From IMG/VR virus record IMGVR_UViG_2687453351_000002, positions 2,312-66,311 of that record: DNA of 64,000 nt. One strand, given 5' to 3'. A model generated the notes under the pieces. It did no database searches and was not told where the DNA came from. It worked only from the letters and a program-made list of their open reading frames with translations. A program made the translations under genes and the position numbers. Shown here one piece after another: positions 1-10,004 of this stretch (positions within the stretch are counted from its first letter, which is position 1; each line of letters opens with the position of its first letter). The DNA is from a virus.

Positions 1-3000
1 CGGTCAGGCCCGTGATGCCGATGGTGTAATCGGGGCTCTCGACGCTCAGGACCGCGCGGAAGCGGAAGGCCCGGCCCGAGTAGTCGGCGGCATCGAAGCT
101 CTGCCAGGGCCCCCAGCGGGCGGCGGCTGGCGCATCATCGGTAACCGAGACCTGCAGATCGACATCGCCATAGGCATCCGTCGATCCGAGCCAGAGCCGT
201 GCATCGGGCGGCGTCCACATCGCCGTGCCGGAGGGGCGCCAGAACAGGTCCCGGGCCTCCGAGATCAGCAGCTCGATATCCGAGATCAGCCGCACCGGCT
301 GGACCGCGCCCAGATCGATCCGGCCCGCGAAGGCGTAGCGCGCGCGGGTCTCGCCCGGCGCCATCGCCAGCACGCCGCCCGCCGCGTGGCAGCCGGTGGC
401 GATCCCGGCAAAGCCAGGGGCCTCGGCCAGGGTGGCGACGGTCGTGGTCGGGATGATCGAGGCGGCGCGGACCGCGATCCCCGAGACCGGGCCGGGCGTG
501 CCCATCGCGTCATGGGGGCGCGCGAGATAGGTGCCGGATTTGAGCGGCAGGGTCGCCTCGGTGACCCCGCCCGAGACCGATTTGCCGATGCCGGTCGAGC
601 TCTGCCAGCTGGCGCCCGCCTGCGCGGTCGCGTGACGGAACTCGATCCGGCCGCCCTGGCGCACGTCGAGCGAGGGATGCCGGTCCCAGCGCAGCATCGC
701 GACCGCGCCGCCCGAGGCCTGCACCGAAAGCCCGGTGATGGCGCCCGGCGGGGCGTTCTCGCCCTGCACGGCAGTGGCGCCTGCCCAGGCCCAGTCCGAC
801 CAGATGCCGCGCGCATTGCGGCCGCGCACGCCGAAGGCATAGGGGCCGGGCGCCACGTCGTCGATCATGTCCTCGGGCGTATCGGTGAGCCCGCGCAGCG
901 TGGGCTCGGGGGCCGAGACCGGGCGCCAGGCGAACTGCCAGGCGTCAATGAAGGGATTGTCGGTGGTGGCCGCCAGCCGGACCCGGGTCTTGACCCCGCC
1001 GCCGCCGCGGGTCTCGTAAAGCGCCTCGGTCATGGTCGGCGCGCTCACCACCGGTTTTGCGGTCGGCGAGGGCAGCGTCGGGATCCCGCCCGCGGGCTTG
1101 GGCGTCTCCTCCGAGGTCCGCCAGTCGAAGATTGCGGGGCCGGTCTCGATGCAGCTCAGCGTGACGCGGACCCCGTCCTCGCCGATATGGACGGTGCGGC
1201 CGGTGACCTCGAAGGTCTTGGCCGTCCAGCCCCGGCGCGGCAGCGAGACCCGGATATTGTCGCCCAGCCGCACCGGCCAGGCGGCAAGCGAACAGGGCAG
1301 CGTGACCTGCTTCTGGCGGCGGCCCTTCAGCAGTGCCAGCTTCATCAGCCGCTGGCCGCGGGCAAAGCCGGTCTCGCCCGGCAGCTCGCCCATGTCGAGC
1401 ACCAGCGGCTCGCCATTGTCGGCCGCGATATAGGTGGCGCTGTCCAGCACCGGCAGGTCGGTCACGACATGCTCGTTCTCCGGATCGGCATATTGCGCCT
1501 TCACGGTGTTGAACTGCTCTTCGAAGGGCTTGCGCGCGGTGACCTGGAGGCCGCCGACCAGCATGTCCTCGGTGACGGTGAAGGCCGGTTCCTCCCAGGC
1601 CGCGCCCCCGACGGTCAGGCGGCCGCGCTCGCAGGTCCACCAGCCGCCCCAGGAGGAGGACAGGTCGTTGAGGTTCTCGGCCGCGGTGGCCTCGGTCTCC
1701 AGCACGCCGTTGAAGGCATAGCGGTCCTCGGTCCTGCCCGAGGCCAGCGGCACCTGTTCCTCGGCCAGGTTGGCCAGGGCGAGGATCGTGTCCTCGTCGA
1801 GATCCCCGGGGCGCCAGCCCGGCCCGCCCCGGAGCTGCGGCGTCAGCATGTAGTCGCGCAGGCAGAGCGCGGGGTTCGTCGAATAGCGCCGCCCCCGGAA
1901 CCAGAGCGCGACCGTGCTGGAAGTCATGTCGATCTCGACATGGATCGTGCCGCGCCGCCCGGCGACGGCCGAGACCGGCAGGGTCGCCCTTGCCAGCTCC
2001 GGCCCGGAGACCTCGCCCGACCCGGCGCGGAAGACCAGCGCATCCCCGTTCACGCCGAGCCAGACACCCTGGCCGCCGCCGCCCTGTTCCCAGATCACGC
2101 CTTCGGGGGCGTCCGGAAAGGCGACATCGAAGGCCGCGAAGAGATCGGCCTCGCGATGCATGTTGCTCACCTCGAGGGTCTCGCCCCGGATCGCGGTCAG
2201 ATCCGGGCTGAGCCCGGCCTCGGGGTCAAGCCCGCCGGGATAGCGGCGGCCGAAGTAGAAGCGCGCGGCGATGGCCCCGCCGGTCCAGGGCGCGGCCGTC
2301 TCGCCATGCGTGAAGCCACCGCCCCCGACCTGTCCGATGGCGCCGCTATCCGTGCCTGCCCATCGCGGCGCGGGGGTCTCGGCCCTGGCCTGCGCCAACG
2401 GGGTCGAGATCCATTCGCGCGGGTCAAAGACGCGCTTGCCTCGGCACCTGACACGGATCTGGGGCGCGCCGCTGGGAAAGAGATCGCGGTCGTAATCGGC
2501 CTCGAAGTAGACATAGGCCACGCCGCGGAGCCGATGCGCCTCGGTCCATTCGCGGGCGGCCGCGACATAGCGGGCCTCGGCCGCCTGATCCTCGCCGCCA
2601 TTGTGGACGCGGAGCCGGACGCGGCCTTTGTAATCGCTTCCGACCTGGCCCCAGTGATAGGGATCGCCGCTGCCCGCGGCTTCATCGCGGCGGTATTTCG
2701 CCTCGGTCCAGACCAGGGTCTCGCCCAGCCAGATCTCGACCGCGCCGTCGATCTCGTGGCAGGCCAGTGGCATGATCGAGTGATAGCGGCGATGCGGCTT
2801 GCCCCCGGCCTCGGTGGTGGCGCGGGCGACGATGGAACCCCCGAGCATGCGCTCGCCATAGAGGATCCGGCCCGTGGTGACCGGCTGGATCCGGTTGAGC
2901 GTGATCTCGTCGCGGGTCTTCGCCTTCGGCTTCTTCGCCATCGCCATCTGGATGCCGGTCAGGACGGCCGCAAGCGCGGCCTGGCCCATGATGGCGGTCG

Positions 3001-3133
3001 CGGTCAGTCCGGCCATCCAGCCGCCCGCCGCGGCGCCAAGGGCCGCCACCACCGGCGGCATGGCCGCGGCCGGGGTCGCCGGGAGGGTCAGCGCGAGACC
3101 GGCCAGCAGGATCAGCGTCAGCGCTGCGGTCAT
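1..3133 (-). CDS. Tail tip / host-specificity protein (lambda J-like), runs off window start; absent from supplied ORF track
   Basis: Manual translation from ATG at 3133: MTAALTLILLAG...GRILYGERMLGG...RLRGVAYVY...NPALCLRDY; frame open to position 1. Confidence 0.88.
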   Translation of the reverse strand, partial: MTAALTLILLAGLALTLPATPAAAMPPVVAALGAAAGGWMAGLTATAIMGQAALAAVLTGIQMAMAKKPKAKTRDEITLNRIQPVTTGRILYGERMLGGSIVARATTEAGGKPHRRYHSIMPLACHEIDGAVEIWLGETLVWTEAKYRRDEAAGSGDPYHWGQVGSDYKGRVRLRVHNGGEDQAAEARYVAAAREWTEAHRLRGVAYVYFEADYDRDLFPSGAPQIRVRCRGKRVFDPREWISTPLAQARAETPAPRWAGTDSGAIGQVGGGGFTHGETAAPWTGGAIAARFYFGRRYPGGLDPEAGLSPDLTAIRGETLEVSNMHREADLFAAFDVAFPDAPEGVIWEQGGGGQGVWLGVNGDALVFRAGSGEVSGPELARATLPVSAVAGRRGTIHVEIDMTSSTVALWFRGRRYSTNPALCLRDYMLTPQLRGGPGWRPGDLDEDTILALANLAEEQVPLASGRTEDRYAFNGVLETEATAAENLNDLSSSWGGWWTCERGRLTVGGAAWEEPAFTVTEDMLVGGLQVTARKPFEEQFNTVKAQYADPENEHVVTDLPVLDSATYIAADNGEPLVLDMGELPGETGFARGQRLMKLALLKGRRQKQVTLPCSLAAWPVRLGDNIRVSLPRRGWTAKTFEVTGRTVHIGEDGVRVTLSCIETGPAIFDWRTSEETPKPAGGIPTLPSPTAKPVVSAPTMTEALYETRGGGGVKTRVRLAATTDNPFIDAWQFAWRPVSAPEPTLRGLTDTPEDMIDDVAPGPYAFGVRGRNARGIWSDWAWAGATAVQGENAPPGAITGLSVQASGGAVAMLRWDRHPSLDVRQGGRIEFRHATAQAGASWQSSTGIGKSVSGGVTEATLPLKSGTYLARPHDAMGTPGPVSGIAVRAASIIPTTTVATLAEAPGFAGIATGCHAAGGVLAMAPGETRARYAFAGRIDLGAVQPVRLISDIELLISEARDLFWRPSGTAMWTPPDARLWLGSTDAYGDVDLQVSVTDDAPAAARWGPWQSFDAADYSGRAFRFRAVLSVESPDYTIGITGLT

Positions 3134-3141
3134 GCACCGGA

Positions 3142-3549
3142 TCAGTCGATACGCCATGCCGCCTCCGCGGTCAGGACCGGGCGGCGCACCAGGCCGTTCC
3201 GGCCCATATGCATCGCATAGCGCCCCGTCACCACGCCCATGGCGCCCGGCATCGCGCCCTCGCAGGCGGTCATCACCCAGTCGCCGCGCCGCGCGCCCGC
3301 GACCGGCAGCCGCGCCAGATGCGCGTCGACCAGCGCCTCGATGGAGCCGAAGCCCAAGGACACCAGCACCTTGGCGGCCCCGTATTCCGAGCCGTAATCC
3401 GGCAGGCCCGGGATCGGATCTTCCCAGGTCATGCTCCGGGCGACGGCCCGGCAGAAGCCCAGGCAATCGGCCGTGCCCCAGGCAAAGGGCCGGTCTTCCC
3501 AGTCCCGCACCGCGGCCGACAGGCGCCGTTCCCAGCCCGCGCGCCGCAT
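3142..3549 (-). CDS. Tail assembly protein, NlpC/P60-like (DUF6950-type)
   Basis: FAWGTADC motif with later His; position between L-like and J-like genes. Confidence 0.75.
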   Translation of the reverse strand: MRRAGWERRLSAAVRDWEDRPFAWGTADCLGFCRAVARSMTWEDPIPGLPDYGSEYGAAKVLVSLGFGSIEALVDAHLARLPVAGARRGDWVMTACEGAMPGAMGVVTGRYAMHMGRNGLVRRPVLTAEAAWRID

Positions 3550-4073
3550 CAGGTCCGCCCCCAGGTATCTTCGCGGTTCTGGATCGCCTGAACCAGATCG
3601 AAGCCCTGATCGCCGGGAAAGCGCTTCTTCTGGTCCTCGGGCAGGTAGTAGAAGGGGAACTTGCGCCCCAGCGCCATGCTGCGCGGCTCGAGCGCCAGCG
3701 TGGTCGTGGCGGTGTCGGGGCCGTCATCGCTCTCCATGGTGTCGGCGACCCCGTCGAAGAGCACATCGGCCGTCTCGATCTGGCCGGTCTCGTCGAACAG
3801 CGCCAGGAACACCGTCACCCGGCGGCGCTGGAACGCCTCGAGCTCGGCCAGCGCCACCACCTCCGGGTCGAGCCCCGCCAGCGTGATCGACAGCCCCGGA
3901 ATGCCCTCGCCCGAAGTCGCCTGCGCCTCGCCGACCGAGAGCATCTGCCCCGCGCCGAGATAGGTCACGCCCTCCCAGTCGACGGTCCCGTGCCCGGTGA
4001 ACATCGCCAGATCGCCGGTATCGAACCGGCAGCGCACCAGCAGGCCCAGCATCCTGTCGCCGCTCGCGTCCAT
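3549..4073 (-). CDS. Minor tail protein (gpL-like)
   Basis: True start MDASGDRM at 4073 (TGATG overlap); WEGVTYLGAG and DQKKRFPGDQGF motifs. Confidence 0.75.
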   Translation of the reverse strand: MDASGDRMLGLLVRCRFDTGDLAMFTGHGTVDWEGVTYLGAGQMLSVGEAQATSGEGIPGLSITLAGLDPEVVALAELEAFQRRRVTVFLALFDETGQIETADVLFDGVADTMESDDGPDTATTTLALEPRSMALGRKFPFYYLPEDQKKRFPGDQGFDLVQAIQNREDTWGRT

Positions 4074-4669
4074 CACAGCGCCTCTCTGATTTGCAATGTC
4101 CTTGTCCGAACCCGCGCCTGGCTGACGGAAAGCACGGTCTCGGGACCGGCGAGCGCCCAGGTGCCGAAGGGCGCGCGCATCGCCACCGGATCGCCCGGGG
4201 CGACGGGGCGGCGCAGCCGGGGCCAGAGCGTGACGCTCTGCCGGAAGGCGGGGGTGGGGGCCTCGGTCCCGGTCACGATATGCAGATGGCGGCCGAGGGT
4301 CAGGTAATCGCCCGGCAGCGCCCGGTCGCCCGCCCTGGCGAGCTGCAGCACCAGCGCCTGCGCCCGGGCAGTGGCGGCAACCGCGACGATGGGATCGGCC
4401 GAGATTTTCCCATGGGGGCCGTCGTACTCCATCGCGGCCATGTCGAGCTCGAAGCTGCCCGCGGGTCCGTTGAGGCTGGCGATCCAGGCCGAGATCGCCG
4501 CGCTCTCGCGGGCATCGACTGCCGCCAGCACCAGCTCGGCCGCCCACATCCCGCCCATGAAGTCATAGGCGGTCTGCGCAAAGCTGTAGGGGCTCTGCAC
4601 CCGCAGGCTGCTGGTGATCTGCTTCAGCGTGAGCGAGGCCACGCGGACGGCATCGGGCGGGAAGGCCAT
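4073..4669 (-). CDS. Distal tail protein
   Basis: Directly after tape measure; QSPYSFAQ...GGMW...LNGPAG pattern. Confidence 0.7.
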   Translation of the reverse strand: MAFPPDAVRVASLTLKQITSSLRVQSPYSFAQTAYDFMGGMWAAELVLAAVDARESAAISAWIASLNGPAGSFELDMAAMEYDGPHGKISADPIVAVAATARAQALVLQLARAGDRALPGDYLTLGRHLHIVTGTEAPTPAFRQSVTLWPRLRRPVAPGDPVAMRAPFGTWALAGPETVLSVSQARVRTRTLQIREAL

Positions 4670-6717
4670 CAGCGGCCCTCCCGGCGCTGGCGGGCATAGA
4701 CCCGCTGCGCCTCCTCGCGGGAGACCTGGCGCACCGCCTCGGCGATCTGGCGCGGATCGGCATTGGTCTGGGCCACGCTGACATGCACATCGCCCATCCG
4801 GACCGAGCCGCCGCCGAGGCTCGCAACCCCGAGCTTGCCATTGCCGAGCCGCGTCAGCGGCAGGATCGCCTCGGGGCCTGCCTCGCCCATGAGCCCGGTC
4901 GTGGGTCCGCGCATCGGAAAGAAGGTCGGCCGGTCGACCACGCCGCCCGCGGCAAAGGCCCGGACCCGGCCGCCCTCGAAGATATTGCCGAGCGCGCTTT
5001 TGGTGGTGGCGCCGCCCGCGCCCGCACCCGCGCCCCCGAACATCCCCGAGAACAGGCTGTCGAAGAAGCCGCCCAGGGCATTCGAAAGCGGGCTCATCGC
5101 CCGGTCGAGCAGATCGTCGAGCATCCGGTCGGCCAGTGCCGAGATCGCGTCGCCCGCGTCGCCCGAGCCCTTCGCCAGATCCTTGAAGAAGGTCTTGAAG
5201 CTGTCGCCGGTCTCCTTCGCGGTATCGGCCAGATCCTTCGTCTTCTTCTTCACCTTTTCGATCCCGGCGCCGTCATCGGCCGCATCGCCGATCCGCGCGA
5301 GGCTGGTGGCGGTATTGCCCGCCTCCTCGGATACCCCGGCCAGCGTCTCCTTCAGCGCCTGCATCGAAGCCAGCGGCGTGCGGATCATCGCATCGGCAAT
5401 GCCATTGGCCTCAAGCTTCAGCCTTTTGGCCTCGTCGCCCGCGGCCGCCGCCGCCTCCTTCGCCGCCGTCAACCCATCGGCCGCGCCATCGGCCGCCGCC
5501 TTCATGGCTTTTGCCCCGGGCACGAAGTCGGGCAGATCGGCAAATTTGGCGAGGAAGCCCGACCACTTCTCCTGGAAGTACACCATCACATCGCCCCAGG
5601 TCGCCTTCATCCGGGCGCCGAGCTCGTCCATCCGCAGCCGCATCAGCTCGGGCCCCATCACGATCCGGTCCCAGACCTCGGCCGCGACATCCTTCATCAG
5701 GTCGAGCGCCGCCCCGAAGCCGCCCGCGGCCTTGACCAGCCGCCCGAACCACAGCACCAGCTCGCCCGCGCCCACCACCAGCGCGCCGATCCCGGTGCGC
5801 ATCAAGGCTGCCCGGGTCAGCAGGAGCTTGGCGTTGAGCGCGGCCGCCGCCACGGTCGCCGCCGCGAAGCTGGCCGCGAACCGCCCGGCAATCAGCGTTG
5901 CCGCCGCGCCCGCATAGGCCGCGACCCGGTCGAGATTCGACAGCACCAGGTCGAGCGCCGAGGACAGCGGCGCGCCCTTGCGCCAGAGATCGGCAAAGCC
6001 GGTCGCCAGCCGCTCGATGCCGGGGGCCGCGGCGGCCGCCAGGGTGTTGCCCAGCCCGGTCGCCACCAGCCCCAGCCGCGAGACCGCGTCATTGGCGGTC
6101 TCGATATTCTCGGCATCGATCTCGGAGACCACGACGCCGAAGTCTTCCACATCGCGCGCGGCCTGGCGCAGGGTGGCCGGATCCATGCGCGACATGGCAA
6201 TCGAGCCCTCCTCGCCGAAGAGCTGGCCCGCCACCGCCGCCCGCTGCGCCGCGGGCACGAAGTCCGAGATCGCGGCGTTGATGGTCGCGATCCGTTCATC
6301 GAGGGGCAGCTTCTGCAGCTCGGCCGCCGTGAGGTTCAGCTGCCGGAGCGCCTTGACCGCGGGGCCGGTGCCGCTGGCGGCCTGGCTGAGGCGGCGGGTC
6401 AGATCCTTGGTCGCCTGCTCGACCGTGCCGATGGCGACGCCCGAGAGATCGCCCGCCCGGCTCAGCACCTGCACCGATTTGACGGTGGTGCCCAGCGATT
6501 GCGCCAGCTTGGCCTGGGCATCGACCGTGCCCATGGCCTGCTTCGCCATCAGGCTCAGCGCGCCGGTCGCGGCGGTGACCGCGCCGGTGAGCCCGATCTT
6601 CACATTGCGCGAGAACCGCTTCGAGCGGTCATCGGCCGATTTGAGCCCGGACCGGAACTCGGCCGAGTCGAGCCCGAGATTGACGCGCAGCGCGCCGATC
6701 ACCGCCTTGAGGGCCAT
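4669..6717 (-). CDS. Tape measure protein
   Basis: 682 aa, Ala-rich; N-term IGALRVNLGLDSAEF, C-term GLMGEAGPEAILPL. Confidence 0.9.
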   Translation of the reverse strand: MALKAVIGALRVNLGLDSAEFRSGLKSADDRSKRFSRNVKIGLTGAVTAATGALSLMAKQAMGTVDAQAKLAQSLGTTVKSVQVLSRAGDLSGVAIGTVEQATKDLTRRLSQAASGTGPAVKALRQLNLTAAELQKLPLDERIATINAAISDFVPAAQRAAVAGQLFGEEGSIAMSRMDPATLRQAARDVEDFGVVVSEIDAENIETANDAVSRLGLVATGLGNTLAAAAAPGIERLATGFADLWRKGAPLSSALDLVLSNLDRVAAYAGAAATLIAGRFAASFAAATVAAAALNAKLLLTRAALMRTGIGALVVGAGELVLWFGRLVKAAGGFGAALDLMKDVAAEVWDRIVMGPELMRLRMDELGARMKATWGDVMVYFQEKWSGFLAKFADLPDFVPGAKAMKAAADGAADGLTAAKEAAAAAGDEAKRLKLEANGIADAMIRTPLASMQALKETLAGVSEEAGNTATSLARIGDAADDGAGIEKVKKKTKDLADTAKETGDSFKTFFKDLAKGSGDAGDAISALADRMLDDLLDRAMSPLSNALGGFFDSLFSGMFGGAGAGAGGATTKSALGNIFEGGRVRAFAAGGVVDRPTFFPMRGPTTGLMGEAGPEAILPLTRLGNGKLGVASLGGGSVRMGDVHVSVAQTNADPRQIAEAVRQVSREEAQRVYARQRREGR

Positions 6718-6720
6718 GGC

Positions 6721-7065
6721 TTACCTCTTCGTCTGTTCTTGCTGCTGGAAGCGCGCATGCATCACGCGGGCGCGCAGGGTCATCACCGCCGCCGCGCGCT
6801 TGGGATCGGGCGGCAGGATGAACTCTTCGGCCTCCGGGAAGTCCCGGACAGGGGCCCGGGCAAGCGCCGCGATGTGCCAGGCGAGCCAGCGGTCGCGGTG
6901 CTGGCCGACCCTCGTCCGGGCCGCGGCACCTGCCATCTGGGCGCGGTAGAGGCCCGGGGTCAGGGACCAGAAGGCGGCCGGATCGAACCCGGCCGCGCAG
7001 TAATCCTTCAGCAGGTCGAGCCAGCCCGCCGGGCTCAGGCCTTGTCCGACCCCTCGGACTTTCCC
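6721..7065 (-). CDS. Tail assembly chaperone, -1 frameshift extension (gpT-like)
   Basis: -1 frame after G GGA AAG reads ...WLDLLKDYCAAGFDPAAFWSLTP... Confidence 0.7.
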   Translation of the reverse strand, partial: GKVRGVGQGLSPAGWLDLLKDYCAAGFDPAAFWSLTPGLYRAQMAGAAARTRVGQHRDRWLAWHIAALARAPVRDFPEAEEFILPPDPKRAAAVMTLRARVMHARFQQQEQTKR

Positions 7066-7397
7066 GCCGCGCGCTCCTCCCCGGCCTGTTCGGACAGATC
7101 GGCCAGGAAGCCGCAGGCCGAGATCACCCGACCCAGCACCGGGCCGAGCTCGGGGCCGAGATCCGCAGCGACCGCGCCCGCCTGGCGCAGGGTGGTCCCG
7201 GGGCGGTGATCGCGCATCGCGGCCCAGAGAATGAGCCGCATGATCCGCACCGAGCCCGCCTCGAGCGCGGCCATCGCCTCGGCGAGCGTCTGCCCCGCCT
7301 CTTCTTCCAGCTCGGCAATGGCATTGAAGCTCAGGATCAGCCGGAGCTGTTCGCCGCAGGCCTCGATATCGACCTCGCCCTTCATCTGATTGGCCAT
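7035..7397 (-). CDS. Tail assembly chaperone (gpG-like)
   Basis: LILSFNAIAELEE motif; between tube and TMP; slippery heptamer near 3' end. Confidence 0.8.
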   Translation of the reverse strand: MANQMKGEVDIEACGEQLRLILSFNAIAELEEEAGQTLAEAMAALEAGSVRIMRLILWAAMRDHRPGTTLRQAGAVAADLGPELGPVLGRVISACGFLADLSEQAGEERAAGKSEGSDKA

Positions 7398-7400
7398 GGA

Positions 7401-7829
7401 TCAGCCCCCCATGCCGGTGATGGACAGGCTGCCGGTGACCCGGAAGCTCGCGGAGACCTCCTGGAACTCGCCCACGGTGGCGGGCGGGACGTAGGATTTG
7501 AGCCAGCCCTCGAAGGTCCAGACCGTGCCGCCCGGGAAGGTCACCCGGATCTGGCGCACATTGCCGCTGGCCTTCAGCCCGATCAGCAGATTGTCGGTGT
7601 CCGAGCCTTCGATCCAGTTCATGGTGACCGAGCATTCGCCCGGATCGAGCAGCCCCGGGCGGAACTCCTTGGTCCGGTTCGGCGACTTCATATGGGTCGC
7701 CTCATGTTCGTCGCGCTGCTGATCGGGCAGCGCCACCGACTTGACCTCGGCCAGCTCCAGGAAGGTCGTGGCGGCGGCGTCCTCGGCCACTTCCACGCCA
7801 TAGCCCCAGGCGATATCCGCCTCGCTCAT
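7401..7829 (-). CDS. Major tail tube protein
   Basis: Start MSEADIAWGYG; EATHMKSPNRTKEFRPGLLDPGE motif. Confidence 0.85.
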   Translation of the reverse strand: MSEADIAWGYGVEVAEDAAATTFLELAEVKSVALPDQQRDEHEATHMKSPNRTKEFRPGLLDPGECSVTMNWIEGSDTDNLLIGLKASGNVRQIRVTFPGGTVWTFEGWLKSYVPPATVGEFQEVSASFRVTGSLSITGMGG

Positions 7830-8245
7830 CTCTCGTTCTCCTCGTTTTGAACCCTGTGATGGATGATCAGGTCGGCCAGGATCCGGTGGATCCCGCTGCC
7901 GTCCCGGTCGGTGTCGAGCCCGTCGCGCAGGGCCTCGACGAAGATGCCGCGGAAATCGGTGCCGCCATGGGGGCCGCGGATCCCGTCGAGCCGGGCGACC
8001 AGACGCGCCTCGACCTCGCCCGCTTCCGCCAGCGTGGTGGCCAGGATCTCGGCCTGGATCCGGGTGCGCCGCAGCGCGCCGACCCCCTTCATGTGATAGT
8101 CGCGCGTCGCACCGACCCGCATCAGCACCACGGCCGGGAGCCCCTCGCCGGGCGCGCGGCGGCCCCAGGTGATGCGGGGGCCGACCAGCGCGGCGAGCCC
8201 CGGATCGGCTCGCAGCAGGTCGGTCAGGTCGGCCTTGAAGCTCAT
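7826..8245 (-). CDS. Tail terminator/completion protein (DUF3168-like)
   Basis: Position and RTRIQAEI motif. Confidence 0.75.
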   Translation of the reverse strand: MSFKADLTDLLRADPGLAALVGPRITWGRRAPGEGLPAVVLMRVGATRDYHMKGVGALRRTRIQAEILATTLAEAGEVEARLVARLDGIRGPHGGTDFRGIFVEALRDGLDTDRDGSGIHRILADLIIHHRVQNEENER

Positions 8246-8751
8246 CGGCCGCCCCCTTTCCCGACCTTCTTCGCCAGCCGCTTCGCCCGGCGGGCCACGG
8301 TCTTCGCGATCTCGCGCCCGAGCCCCTCGGCGATATCGTCCAGCACCGCCTCGCGGGTCGCGTCCCAGGCCGGGCGCATGAAGGGCTGGGCGGGCATGGT
8401 GCCGGTCGAGCCGCCGCTCTCCAGATGCCGCTCGACGCTGCCGAACTCGACCAGATGGGCATGGGGCAGCGCTGCGGCGCCGCCGAAGATCTCGACCGCC
8501 GCCTTGTCGTCGCGCACGAGGCGGCGGTGATCGCGGCGCTGTTTGGGGTCGAGCCGGGTCGAGACCGCGAGGCTCTCGGCCAGATCGCCGCTGGCGCGCG
8601 GCGCCAGATCGCGGGCGCGCTCGACGAAGATCCCCAGCGCCGACTTGCCCACCCGGCGCAGCACGCCCCGGCCGGTGGATTTGGGCAGATGCTCCACCAT
8701 CATCTTTTCCAGGTCGGCCAGGCCATCGACCGAGACGGGTTGCTTGCTCAT
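8242..8751 (-). CDS. HK97 gp10-like neck protein
   Basis: HLVEFGS...MPAQPFMRPAWD motif. Confidence 0.85.
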   Translation of the reverse strand: MSKQPVSVDGLADLEKMMVEHLPKSTGRGVLRRVGKSALGIFVERARDLAPRASGDLAESLAVSTRLDPKQRRDHRRLVRDDKAAVEIFGGAAALPHAHLVEFGSVERHLESGGSTGTMPAQPFMRPAWDATREAVLDDIAEGLGREIAKTVARRAKRLAKKVGKGGGR

Positions 8752-9077
8752 GCCTCCTCCTTCCGGCCGTTGCTGACGGCCGAGACGTCGACCCAGCGGC
8801 CGCGCGCGGCGACCCCGGTGATGTTCCAGATCATTCCTTCGTCCCGGAGCCGGTCGGTCCCGGTCAGGCTGCGGGTCAGGACCGAGCGGCGCAGGGTGAA
8901 GCGGGCCGCCCGCACCGCGCCGATCTGGCCCGCCGCGGCGCGTTCGGTCTCGGAAAGATCCGTGCGCGCGGCCCAGAGCGTGGCGATCTCCGCCCAGGCG
9001 CCCGTGGGTTCGTTCAGCGCATTGCGCCCCGCGCCCTGGCGCTCGAAGGTGACGCGGCGGTCGAGACGCAGGCTCAT
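8748..9077 (-). CDS. Head closure protein
   Basis: LDRRVTFER...WAEIATLWA pattern; gene order. Confidence 0.8.
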   Translation of the reverse strand: MSLRLDRRVTFERQGAGRNALNEPTGAWAEIATLWAARTDLSETERAAAGQIGAVRAARFTLRRSVLTRSLTGTDRLRDEGMIWNITGVAARGRWVDVSAVSNGRKEEA

Positions 9078-9622
9078 CGGCGGCACCAGATGCCGGGCCG
9101 CCGATAGCGCATCTGCCGGATCAGGGCGCGCGCCCCGAAGGCGATGCGCGGGCTTTCCACCGTCTCGATGGCGATCCCCGCATCGAGCCAGTCCCGCGCG
9201 ATCAGGATCACCGCCTGCGCCAGCGTCGGCGGGACGGTGTCGGGGCCGACATCGAGGACGATGGAAAGCGCCGCACCCTCAGGCACGCCCGCGAACGCGC
9301 CCGGGGCGAAGAGGATCTGCGGCTCGCTGTCGGGGAAGAGGAGCCGGGCGGCCTCCGCGCTCAGCTCGCCGCCCGACCAGCTCACGCCCAGCAGCGCGCG
9401 CACCGGGGCGACCGGCACCCACCAGCGGCGGCCCTGTCCGGCGGCGGTCTCGAAGCAGACCCGGCGCGGGGTCAGCGGGCGGCGCGTGGCGGTCTCGACC
9501 GCCGATTGCGCCGCCGCCAGACAGGCCCCGATCCGGGCATCGTCCGCATCGCCCTCCCAATGCGAGGCGCGTTTATACGCCTCGACACTGACACCCGGCG
9601 GCGGGGTCTCTTCCAGGATCAT
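9074..9622 (-). CDS. Head-tail connector (gp6-like)
   Basis: DDDARIGACLAAAQSAVE...VPPTLAQAVILI pattern. Confidence 0.8.
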   Translation of the reverse strand: MILEETPPPGVSVEAYKRASHWEGDADDARIGACLAAAQSAVETATRRPLTPRRVCFETAAGQGRRWWVPVAPVRALLGVSWSGGELSAEAARLLFPDSEPQILFAPGAFAGVPEGAALSIVLDVGPDTVPPTLAQAVILIARDWLDAGIAIETVESPRIAFGARALIRQMRYRRPGIWCRR

Positions 9623-9966
9623 GCCGTCGCCGCGTCCCTGGCCGTATCCCTGGCGGTCTCTTTCCCGGCGGCCTTGCCCTGCTTCGGCGGCGCGCCGGTC
9701 TCGGCCTTCGCCTCGGCCTGGGCCAGGGCCGCCTCGCGCGTCGCAAGCGCCGTCTCGCGGGCGGCCAGATCGGCGGCACGGGCCGCCAGCTCGGCCGGAT
9801 CGACGGGCGCGGCGGCAAGCCGGGCCTCGGCCGCCCGGTCGAAGAACGTCGCCACCGGGTCATCGCCCCGGGTCAGCTTCGTGGCCAGCGCGGGCGCAAA
9901 CCCCGCCACCTCGCCGCGATTGTAACGCCCATGGGCGCGGCGGAACTTCAGAATGACCTTCGTCAT
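9619..9966 (-). CDS. Hypothetical virion-associated protein following capsid gene
   Basis: Coupled ORF in the head operon. Confidence 0.6.
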   Translation of the reverse strand: MTKVILKFRRAHGRYNRGEVAGFAPALATKLTRGDDPVATFFDRAAEARLAAAPVDPAELAARAADLAARETALATREAALAQAEAKAETGAPPKQGKAAGKETARDTARDAATA

Positions 9967-10004
9967 GTCGGATACCTCTCGGAATTGGGGAACGGTGGCG
10001 AGGC

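Noticed and set aside
3000-3133. Signal peptide on the tail tip protein implying secretion
   Set aside because: Hydrophobic N-termini are common on such tail tip proteins, and the context is structural.
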